A stretch of 52,859 nucleotides of DNA, the filler included, from Squatina squatina (Eukaryota), in the NCBI GenBank assembly GCA_031763465.1. It is 3 parts of 3 records of this genome, joined end to end, with 100 filler letters (N's around TTAATTAATTAA, not from the genome) between each part and the next. Parts side by side here need not be neighbours in the genome. Positions count along the whole stretch, not along the records: positions 14,492 to 28,461 come from JARFOE010000057.1; positions 28,562 to 52,859 come from JARFOE010000100.1; 1 more part is not named here. The stretch is one strand, 5' to 3'. Positions 22,043-32,084 of the stretch are shown piece after piece. Position numbers and translations under genes: made by a program. The notes under the pieces were generated by a model. The model searched no databases, was not told where the DNA came from, and was given only the letters and a program-made list of their open reading frames with translations. The number at the start of each line of letters is the position of its first letter. Within the stretch, counting starts at the first letter, position 1.

Positions 22043-22959
22043 CGAATAGGGGTCACTTAAAAACAGCCGGATAGCTTAGAGAGAAAAATCTCAATGTTAT
22101 TTATTTCTCAGTGGATTGAAACCCCTATTTCTACAAAACAATAGAACGGGATAAAAGAACGTTGTAATTCCTTTTTCATTATCAGGCTAAATTGCTTCTC
22201 TAATTGCTTTTGAGGTTTGATTATCCTCTCTTTGTCACTGGTAATTGCAATCAGTTCCTACATGTTTTCATCACATGTTAAAGTGCAGCACTGAAATTTA
22301 GTCAAACCTTATCTGGGGACAAGTTTCATGCATAAGGAGCAGTTATTGGGTGGGTGGGGAAACTAGATCTGAAAGTATTGGCGAGANNNNNNNNNNCCTT
22401 GTTGAACTCAGATTTTGAAGCCTTGACTCTGTGTAAACTATCAAGTGCAGCCACTAGTAATGCCTGGTTAGTTTTTATTTTAGGGTAAATAAATGTGTCA
22501 AATTCAGTCCTACTTCATCATCTACAATGATGGTACAGCCCATTGGGATTTTAAATCTTAGATTATCCACAGGGAATCTCATCCCATGCTGGGAATTTCC
22601 ATCCATTAAAATGAATGGGAGGTGTGGGAAGTGTGTCTGTGCATTTCCTGTATGCAGTCTCAATGGGCAAGACTCCTCGCTGGTATTGTGCCTTCCTAGA
22701 ATGAGGACAAATATGTTGCGATACGTTTTAAATGCTGCAATGCAAATTAGGGGTCACATTGGGGGTCACATAAGTGTTGAAATTATTATTGTAAACCTTC
22801 AAACATTACACAGATTGGTACAGTGGTTTAAGTACTCATACATGCTAACCTTCTGCATTTTACATATGCAATCAGTATTTTGGGCTCTGTAGCCACTTGT
22901 CAGTAGCATTGCTGGCCCCATGCTTCACCCTATCTTGCAGTTCCTACCTAATGATGGCA

Positions 22960-23135
22960 GTCATTGAGTATATTCAAGACAGAGATTAGATTTTTCGATA
23001 TTAAAGGCATCAAGTATATGGGGATAATGCAGGAAAATGGCGTTGAGGTGGAAGATGAGCCATGGTCTTGTTGAATGGCGGAGCAGGCTCGAGGGGCCGA
23101 AAGGCCCACTCCTAGCTCCTATTTCTTAGGTTCTT
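22960..23135 (+). mobile_element. CR1 LINE 3' end
   Basis: TTGAATGGCGGAGCAGGCTCGAGGGGCCGAAAGGCCCACTCCTAGCTCCTATTTCTT tail. Confidence 0.8.
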
Positions 23136-23847
23136 AATTACATTGGTGCTGCTTCACTCAATGGATGATACTCTGGTGCAAGATGTAGATGGGAGTTCCT
23201 CATTGGCCAAGTAAACCTGCAGCAGCATGAGGCAGGAGGTGGGACTAGAGAATCAGCCATAGAAAGTGTCATTGAAAGGAGAGGCCGAGAAGAATGTCAA
23301 CATAAATTATGGGGGAAGAGTGCAATAACACTCTTAATAAAAGGGTGCAATAACAGTGACAGTTTGATGTGGGAGTGGGAGGAAGAGAGTGCCTCTGTAT
23401 CACTGTGCCAACCATATAACCAACTTTAAAGCAACTTAGCAATTAGATTTAGAAACGGAGAGTAGTAACACTTAGCCACAATTGCCTCAGTTTCTCTTCG
23501 AAATAAGGGAACGTCACTGTATTTTTGTCACCATCTTCCACTATACAAGTGATGAATGTTGGATATGCTTGCACCACACGTTATGGCAAGCTCATTTCCC
23601 ACTGCACCTACAGTACATGTCATTGGCATATATTCAGGGCTGCCTTTGCATTGCCAGTTTTTATTTGGAGCTGTTTGTCAGTTTTTGCTAGTTTTCTCTA
23701 GGTTGGTAAGCATGAAAATGATCAGGAAATGTTGACCAAGGCCGAACNNNNNNNNNNNNNNNNNNNNNNNNNNNNNNNNNNNNNNNNNNNNNNNNNNNNN
23801 NNNNNNNNNNNNNNNNNNNNNNNNNNNNNNNNNNNNNNNNNNNNNNN

Positions 23848-23930
23848 CAATAGTGCTTCATTGGGTGTGAATTGCTTTGGGATATGCTGAGATGGGGAAA
23901 GGCTCTATATAATTGCAACTTCTTTCTATC
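23848..23930 (+). mobile_element. Deu-SINE 3' tail fragment
   Basis: CTTCATTGG...GCTTTGGGAT...GAAAGGCTCTATATAATTGCAAC matches the tail of the 27030-27500 copy. Confidence 0.55.
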
Positions 23931-24932
23931 TTATGCCAAACTGGGGCAGGTAGAGTACGGCCCGTGAATCATTGGGGTGGTTTTTATTTCACTGGCAACT
24001 CGTTTTTCAGTGTGTAAAACATCAGCGATTATGGGATTTCAAATATAAGTTCAGCAAAACACTAATGTTGGAAAACTGCAATTTTTTTTGAAAGATATCT
24101 GTCAAGGTGTTCCACTGAAAAAGATTCTAAGCACAGTATATGGAGAAACTGCTGCACACTCTTACTGAAATCTTTATTTTGATGTAAACATCATGACTTT
24201 ATGTTTTACAAAGTCCCATGGCATTTTTGTAAGCTCGTAATCAATGGATTGATTATCCTTGCATAAGATTGAATAATGCTGAAAATAATTTATGCAGTAC
24301 TAATTACCCAAAACATTTTCTGAAGCGGTTTGGTCATCAGTGATGTTCAACCTTTTATGCAGCTATTGATCTAAGTGAATGAGTATCTAAGTGAATGAGT
24401 ATTAATGAACTGTGTATGTTATTGTGTTAGTAAAGATTTTTGTAAATATTATCAGACAGGACAAAGAAACCTTAGGGTTACAGTAATACCACCAGTTTTA
24501 AGCCTTTGAAGGGTGTTCGCAGCAAAATTAAAGCATAACAAATGAAACTATTCATCGCTGTGCAAATATTGGAAATGTTATCTGGTTCCATTTGGTGTTT
24601 CTATTCCAATCTGCAATACTTCATAATATTCCAATATGTACAGAAATGTTCCTGTTTTTAATGCCAGCAGTAGAATGTCATTGTAATGGCTTGTCCTGGG
24701 ACACAGATTGCATCTGAGTTTTGTTTGGCTGGTAAACAAGTATGTCATATATCATCATAATTACTATGTCTGGGAGAATTAGTCTTCTTAGAGGAATAGA
24801 TGTAGAAAGGGTTATTTTGGAAAAGGCGAGGTACAAATGATTTTAGTACGGATGATTTTTTAATGCCTCACCCAAGTGACGATTCTTCATTTATGAGCCT
24901 GGCCATTGAGTGAGTGTGAGCAAACTATTTGA

Positions 24933-25022
24933 AGAAGGGTCATCGACCCGAAACGTTAACTCTGTTTTTCTCTCCACAGATGCTGCCTGACCTGCTGAGT
25001 TTTTCCAGCATTTTTTGTTTAT
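24933..25022 (+). mobile_element. 90-bp Penelope pLTR insertion with hammerhead core and 11-bp target-site duplication
   Basis: AAACTATTTGA at 24922-24932 and 25023-25033 flanks AGAAGGGTCATCGACCCGAAACGTTAACTCTG...GATGCTGCCTGACCTGCTGAGT. Confidence 0.8.
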
Positions 25023-27029
25023 AAACTATTTGATTGTTACTGCACTACTGCTCTGGTTGAAAACATTTAACTGAGCATTGGTAATAGATTGAACTTGGCA
25101 CCTTCTGGGCTGTGTGGTTCAGTATTGCAACACACAGTAAATTTACCCAGTGGATTATTAGTATTTATTAGATGGACAGACAGCATAGACTTGTAGGATA
25201 TCCTAGGCATGGAGGGAGAGGGAATTCTACCTCACCTGTAAGCAAACTATCACAAATCATAAGAATGTATGTGTTTTGAGTGAGGGAATTTATATATGGT
25301 GAGATGCAGCTCTTTAACCAGATATTTCAACACCATTTGTTAGTGCTCTTGCATTCTGTCTCAGGGTAAAGTATTCACATTACTCTGAATCAGTGTTTCA
25401 GTATTCAAAGGGTTAATCAGAAAGAAAGGGACATTGCTTAAATTATGAAGCAGTTACTTAAGGGGCGTGAATATTTTTATGTCTTTAGATGGTATTGGCT
25501 CAGCACTGATCCGACTCATCTGGTCATTTAATATAAGATAGCTTATTAAAACTTCTCAGTGTCTTGGAAAAGAGCTGGAGTTAAGTTCTTTTACTTCTCT
25601 GCTTGGATATCACATTTGATTTATGCCTGAAGTTCGCACACAGGTCTGAGTGTAGCAGAGCCAGTCTCTTGGGAAGGATTTGCATATTGATTCCTGGGGA
25701 ATGCCCTTGAATGTGCGTCCACGCCTGTCATCTCTGCATGCAAGTGCTGTGTGAGCAGCATTGCAAGCAGGAAGGCAGAGAGCCGCATGTGTACTATTGC
25801 GGGTAGTGCTTGATAGACAACCGGATTGCATGCAGGAAAAGGAGACTGCAGGAAGCAACGGATAAGCAATAGGGTTGATTAGCAAACTTCTAGAGGAGGC
25901 TACCAGGAACCATAGTGCATCTGATAAGTGGTAAGGGGATTTTTCTGTTGNNNNNNNNNNNNNNNNNNNNNNNNNNNNNNNNNNNNNNNNNNNNNNNNNN
26001 NNNNNNNNNNNNNNNNNNNNNNNNNNNNNNNNNNNNNNNNNNNNNNNNNNTTCCTTTGCTAAAAATTGCCTTTTATCTTCACTCAGCAGCCAACTTTATA
26101 AATCAGTTGTGTGCATTCAGTGTCAGAATAAAACACATCCTTTTTATTTTTAACAGCTAGACAATTTAGCAATGCAATGCTAACCATATGTTACTTAATA
26201 CGCTTATTTTGTAATTATATAATTCTCTGATGTATCTGCAATCGGTTTTAAAATGAGTTAAATAATTGTACACGTACTTAACCAGGCTAGCTATGTAACA
26301 TTCTCCAGTCATATTCTGGTTTACTTAGTGTGATAGGAATGAGTCTACATTTATTCTCCTGGACCAGCTTTATTTATTGTACCCAAGGGCACAGCAGTGG
26401 TACTGTGAAAGAATCTATCAGATTCTGTACAAGAAGTAGCATGTGATCACGGACGGACAGTGCGGGATATATAAGTGGCTCAGATAAATTTATGAGGAAA
26501 GAAACTCGAAGGATTAGTACTGCAGTGGTCTCAAAATGCACCTGTACTTCAGAGTCTTGTATCATCGTGCTAAAATGTGTAATGCCTGCATCAGCTTAGG
26601 TCCCATATCTTGCCTGCATATAAAATAAAGCACATAAAAATTAAGCAAGATCATGCAGTACACTACAAGCCTCTTAATGGAAACACCCCGTGGGTTCCCA
26701 TTAATCAAAGACCGTGCAGTGTATGAGGATGGGACTGATGCTTAACCAAATGTTCCCTTAAAATGGATTTTTTCATTCACCCTGTAGCTAGCGTCTACTG
26801 CTTTTAAATTTCTTTCCTCGTTTGCTTTCAGCGTGAAATCTAAAATATCATATTATATTTCTTTATCTCAAATCATAAATCTTTATCTATCGGTTATATC
26901 AAACACGCTCTTCCAAATTTAAGTACATTAATTATATGTTACACATCAAAGGGAAATCATTTATATCGCAATTTACATTTGAAACAAGTCTTCAATCAAC
27001 TGATGCACTAAACATTACAAGTGGCATTA

Positions 27030-27500
27030 TGAGTGTCAGTTTGACTCAGTGGCAGCACTCTCCTCACTGACTCAGAAGCTTGTGGATTCAAGCCCATCTC
27101 CAGGACATTAGCACATGATGTAGGGTAACACTTCAGTGCAGTATCAAGGGAGTGAAGCATTGTCAGTGGTGCTGTCTGTTGAAATAGATGTTAAACCAAG
27201 GCCCTGCTTACATGTTCAGGAGGAAATCAATGATCCCTTTGCACTATTTGGAGATAACCAGGATGTTCTCCTGGAGTCCTGAGCAACATTCCTCCTTCAA
27301 AGGCCACCAAAAACAGATGGACTGACATTCATCTGATTGTTGTTTGTGGGGCCCTGTTGTGTGCAAATTTGCTGCATTTGCCTAGATAACAAAGTGACTG
27401 CACAGCAAAAGCAATTCATTGGATGTGAAGCACTCTAGGCATCCTGAGGATGTGATAAGACACTTTATAACATAGAAAATCGTCTACGTTTTCTTTTCTT
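27030..27500 (+). mobile_element. Near full-length tRNA-derived Deu-domain SINE (SacSINE1/AmnSINE1-like)
   Basis: A-box-like TGACTCAGTGG, B-box-like GGATTCAAGCC, Deu core GATGTTAAACCAAGGCCCTG..GATCCCTTTGCACTATT, and TTGTTTGTGGG..CATTGG..CCTGAGG tail. Confidence 0.75.
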
Positions 27501-27507
27501 TATCTGA

Positions 27508-27845
27508 ATGGCTCCCTCAATGACTCAGTGGGTAAATGTGCCCCATTTTCCATAACAGGTCAGAGGATATCTGTTTCAATTCCCGACCTCTGCTGGACTA
27601 GTTGATCTCACCTCGGTCAGGAATTGGGATGCTAAGGAAGTCAACGTCAGCCGAAATAAAGCATATAAAAATTGGGCAAATTGTGCGGACACTACGAGCC
27701 TCTTAATGGAAACACTCCATAGGTTCTCATTAATCAAAGGTTCCTCATTTCTCCATGAAAGTAGAAGGGTGATCATCAGGTGAGGGCAAGATCAGGCTCA
27801 GCTCTGAGCTGTCTCGATTCACACATGTAGAATGCCCACTTGGAG
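27508..27845 (+). mobile_element. Second tRNA-derived SINE-like family, interrupted at 27654-27739
   Basis: TGACTCAGTGGGTAAATG head; TGATCTCA..GGATGCTA and GGTGAGG segments shared with 46780-47100 and, reversed, with 24862-24932. Confidence 0.55.
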
Positions 27846-27937
27846 TAGTGATCAGAGAGTGGTAATAGTGATCAGAGGGTGGTAATAGTGATCAGAGAGT
27901 GGTAATAGTGATCAGAGAGTGGTAATAGTGATCAGAG
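27846..27937 (+). repeat. 20-bp minisatellite, about 4.6 copies (TAGTGATCAGAGAGTGGTAA)
   Basis: Near-perfect tandem copies. Confidence 0.92.
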
Positions 27938-28461
27938 GAATGTAAGTCAGCTCCTTCAGGAGAGCTAGAAAAAGACATTTGAGCATATTTTATTAATTTA
28001 TTTACTGGGCTGATTGATAAAATACAATTCTAGATTTAGTTAAAATGAAAATGTTTTACCAATTTGGAATATAAGCAAATTGCCAAAGCTAAAACATTAT
28101 GCAAGGATTTGAATGTAAATAATTCAATACATTGATAATCGAGATGAAACATTCAACTCTGAGCCAAAGAGCCCAGCTTTAGGTTACAGCCAGCATAGAT
28201 ATTTGAACATAGTTAACCTCAGTAGCTGAGTTTCAACTTAATCTGTATCATCGCTTAATGGAGCCACTCCATCTCAGGAGTGAGGGGATAAATAAACAGA
28301 GACCTTTCCGTCCATCAATGGAGGACTTCTACTAGCAAATATGGAACAACATTCATGGTGATTATAGACAACTCTGTGTCCAAGTTCACTTTCCCACTCC
28401 ACTTCTGAAAGAGATCACATCCTGAAGTTGGGAATGCTGCCTGCATGCATATAAACACAGG

Positions 28462-28561
28462 NNNNNNNNNNNNNNNNNNNNNNNNNNNNNNNNNNNNNNN
28501 NNNNNTTAATTAATTAANNNNNNNNNNNNNNNNNNNNNNNNNNNNNNNNNNNNNNNNNNNN
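28462..28561. other. Artificial concatenation linker (44N + TTAATTAATTAA + 44N)
   Basis: Same structure as 14392-14491; spacer at 28506-28517. Confidence 0.95.
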
Positions 28562-29706
28562 TACCCATGCCTGGCGTGGGTGTTAGTCCCTTTGCATATG
28601 CAAATAAGGGGTCAAACACCTGTTTCAGGTCCCCTCCAAAATTGGTTTACCCTGAGGCAGCGAGTGACATTGAGGGCTGCACCCAGGGAATCTAGCGTTA
28701 GGGGCCGGCTGCATTCGGGATGAGTAGGACTGGTCCTCTCGACCCCATATTTAACTCCACTCCCAATTACCACCATTTCCAAACTCAGATCTTCCCACAA
28801 TCCTCAATCTCCCACATTACAGATCCCTTGATCTCATTCCATCGACCTCCTCAATCCCCGGCTCTGAGAACCCTGGTCCCCTAATCCCGACACCTGGCTT
28901 CTACGAGTCTAGACTCCAGTANNNNNNNNNNTCAGACGCCGGGCCCACTTACCTGAGGGCTGCTGTAACGCTAGAGGTGGGCCCATGTTATGTTGCGCCA
29001 GCTCCATTACAATGAGGTCTGAATCCCAATACCTGGGGAGCTTTGGATCTCACCATTCTGATGCAGAGTAATTACCTCGTGCACCCAAAAATGGACGTTC
29101 CCAGATTTCTGAGCCAAAATATTTAAACAAGATTGGTGAAAGCCATTAGATAAGATCCAGGAAACATATGACTCCATGACATCTACATTATATTTCTGCA
29201 TACAGCATATATATAAGGTCATTTTGTACTGCATTTATAACATGAGCATGGTGCAATAAGTCACTTGTCCTAACAAGGCAGGGGTCCAATAATGAAAATT
29301 CTTCCCAGGACTGTTTTGAAAGTTGCACACTATGAAATATAGTATTTGGGTCTTTCTGTTTGATCTGTGGAAAGCTGAACATGCCATTGTTTGCACAACT
29401 TGATTGCTTGCTTTGTAGAGCAGAAATAAGAATTGGCCAGCAATTCTCACCCTTAAGCTATTCTATGGATCTAATAAGATAAGGGACTTAAATTTGCAAC
29501 TGTGTTAAAATGAAGATGAATTGAAATAGCTTATGCAGGCACTGACATTGGAAAATATCCTTCAGCCATGTTAACATCCTTAAAGCCAGCAACTGTTTAA
29601 ATAGCTGTAATCTGTCATTTTTACTTTCTTGGTTATCTCTGTGCTCGGTGGGAGACTACCAGTCCTGGGGAATGTAACTGTTTCTATTCTTTGTAACCAT
29701 TGCCAG

Positions 29707-29883
29707 CAATGTTCCCTCCAATAAATTTTTTTGGGGACTGCATGGCCCCTTTAAGAAAGTGCGAGGCCCATTCAAAAACCTGCACATGCGCGGTATTTGC
29801 ATTTAAAAGCCGGTGAGCTGGCTGGGGGGGGAGCCCCATAGTGCTGTGCGGCTACGCGGCCATGCAGCTTATAGGGAACACTG
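29707..29883. mobile_element. hAT-superfamily MITE, 177 bp
   Basis: TIRs CAATGTTCCCT / AGGGAACACTG (10/11 match); 8-bp TSD ATTGCCAG / ATTGCTAG (7/8 match). Confidence 0.85.
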
Positions 29884-30064
29884 ATTGCTAGTACCATGCA
29901 TTCCCTGGTCAGATATAGCGTAAGTTAGACACAAAGTAAACTACCATCTGGGGTGCTCTCGATCNNNNNNNNNNNNNNNNNNNNNNNNNNNNNNNNNNNN
30001 NNNNNNNNNNNNNNNNNNNNNNNNNNNNNNNNNNNNNNNNNNNNNNNNNNNNNNNNNNNNNNNN

Positions 30065-30420
30065 GAGAGGTTTTGATAGAGTAGATAAAAAAAATTATTC
30101 CCTCTGGTGAGTGGGTCAATAACTAAAGGTCATAGATTCAAAATCATTGGAAAAAGATCTAGAGGGGAGAGGAAGAGAAATGTTTTCACTTGGAGATTTG
30201 GCGGGATCTGGGACGTTCAACCTGAAAAGATGGTGGAAGCTGATTCCATGAATAATTTTAAAAGACAGTTGGACAGGTCCTTGAGGATGAGGAACTTACA
30301 GGGCTATGGACAAAAACCGAGAATGTGGGACTAAGCACGACAGCTTTTTCAAAGAGCCAGCACAAGCACGACAGGCCAAATGGCTTCTTCCTGTGCTGTA
30401 AGTTTCTATGATTCTATGAA
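30065..30420 (+). mobile_element. CR1 LINE 3' end
   Basis: SITKGHRFKIIGKRSRGERKRNVFT..., with GGCCAAATGGCTTCTTCCTGTGCTGTAAGTTTCTATGATTCTATGA tail. Confidence 0.85.
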
Positions 30421-32084
30421 GTGTCAAATTAAAAAAAAGAAAATCTTTCCTGAATGTATAAAACAATATTTTATTCATAGTTTTCCTTCCTTCTATTGGG
30501 TCTGTTTCTAGTGATTTTTTTTTATTATTGCCCTTCAACAAGGAGAATTGGAAAGAGTAGGTCCCATTTTGATACAGTTGGCATAAATTCTATTCTGTGA
30601 TTGGTTGACTGAAGCACCATTTCAAGGAAGGCCAGCTGGTATCTGTCAGTTTTACAGGTTTTACCTCCCCAGAGCACGGCACGCCATCCTGCAGTCCAAC
30701 TTAAAATTGACAGAAGTCATCCAAGTGAGACAAGCAAATCTGAGTGACAGACTATTGAGATTCAGTCTCGTATCCTTCTGGTCGGGAGTTAGGACTCAAC
30801 CACTTGAGTTCCTGAGGTGCCAGGTTTTGCCTTAAATCTAATTAACTTTATCCATACAGCTTGATGCTGATGTGAAGAATTAAAAAAAAAAAATTTCAGT
30901 GAGTAGGAAAGTGTTAGTTCATATCTGTTATATCATAACAGTCAAAGTATTAACAGTCAAATCAAACCTNNNNNNNNNNNNNNNNNNNNNNNNNNNNNNN
31001 NNNNNNNNNNNNNNNNNNNNNNNNNNNNNNNNNNNNNNNNNNNNNNNNNNNNNNNNNNNNNNNNNNNNNGGCTCTTTGCTTTTTTTATCTGATACAAGTA
31101 CAATATGGTGTGTACTAGGAGAGACTATGGTTGTGACCAGAATTTTCCTAACAATTCAGCTTGAATGCTTGCCTGAGACTCCAGTCTCTTCAGCCTTAAC
31201 CTTGTGAAGTTGATAAATTGCAACAGCTTTATCTGTTGAAGTATCTCAGAGCACCAGATGACAGGCTAGAACTTATTTCATTCATAACCAAGAGTAACCT
31301 CCAAGTGAGTTGTACCAAAATGAGCTGCTCTAGTTGTCCACAGTCAATAAGCGTATTTCTAATGTTATGGTTGCAGATTTCAGTTCAAAATTGACAGTGA
31401 AACCTATTTATGAATGCAACACCACCAGTTCTGGCCAATATGATGTGTATTTTCCTGAGGAATTAATTTGGTGAGGTAAACATTGCAAAAATGTAGATCC
31501 CAGCACCATTGAAAGGAAAAAAAAAAGTTATCCCTCAGCTGACAGAAGCAGGCCACCTCTTCATAATAGCATGACTCCAGAGGTGAAGCAGTTTAAACGA
31601 TCTTTCAGTCTGAAGCTAGAACCTTTATCCTCCAGACACTGGCAAAACTTAGCAGCAGATGCTAACAAGGTAGCATCAACTGGACCCAGCCTTTGCTTTC
31701 TGGCACCTGTCCACCCTTTCCTCATGCATTCAGCATCATCAGCCACTAGGGAGGGTTATGAAGACCAAATAATCTTCGCTGGAGTGACAACATTCTTACA
31801 TCAGTCTTGATAGCTCTCATCAATGAGTTGATTTGCTTTAAATGGTATAATCTTTATTCTAAATTGATACACTACATGATGTTTAGTTTGTTTGTCGCAA
31901 TGGCTACGCCAGTGCATTTCTGACATTGTTAAATCTCTACTGCATTAAAACACTTGACCTCATTTTTTTCTGGCAAGGTTTCACTGTACCTCCGCAGCAG
32001 CACATATGAAAAGCTGCAATAATTGTGTGATCGAAATATTTGTGTGCATATTTTCACTTTTTTCGACAGCCTGTTTCTGTAAGC

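Noticed and set aside
24369-24402. 16-bp direct duplication (similar short ones near 5742 and 22750)
   Set aside because: Ordinary slippage-type duplications with no intervening element.
27030-27105. tRNA gene
   Set aside because: Degenerate A/B boxes continue directly into a SINE body; no cloverleaf could be formed.
31571-31810. 79-aa ORF with WQNLAAD, weakly like an RTE LINE tail
   Set aside because: Similarity too short to support a gene or element call.
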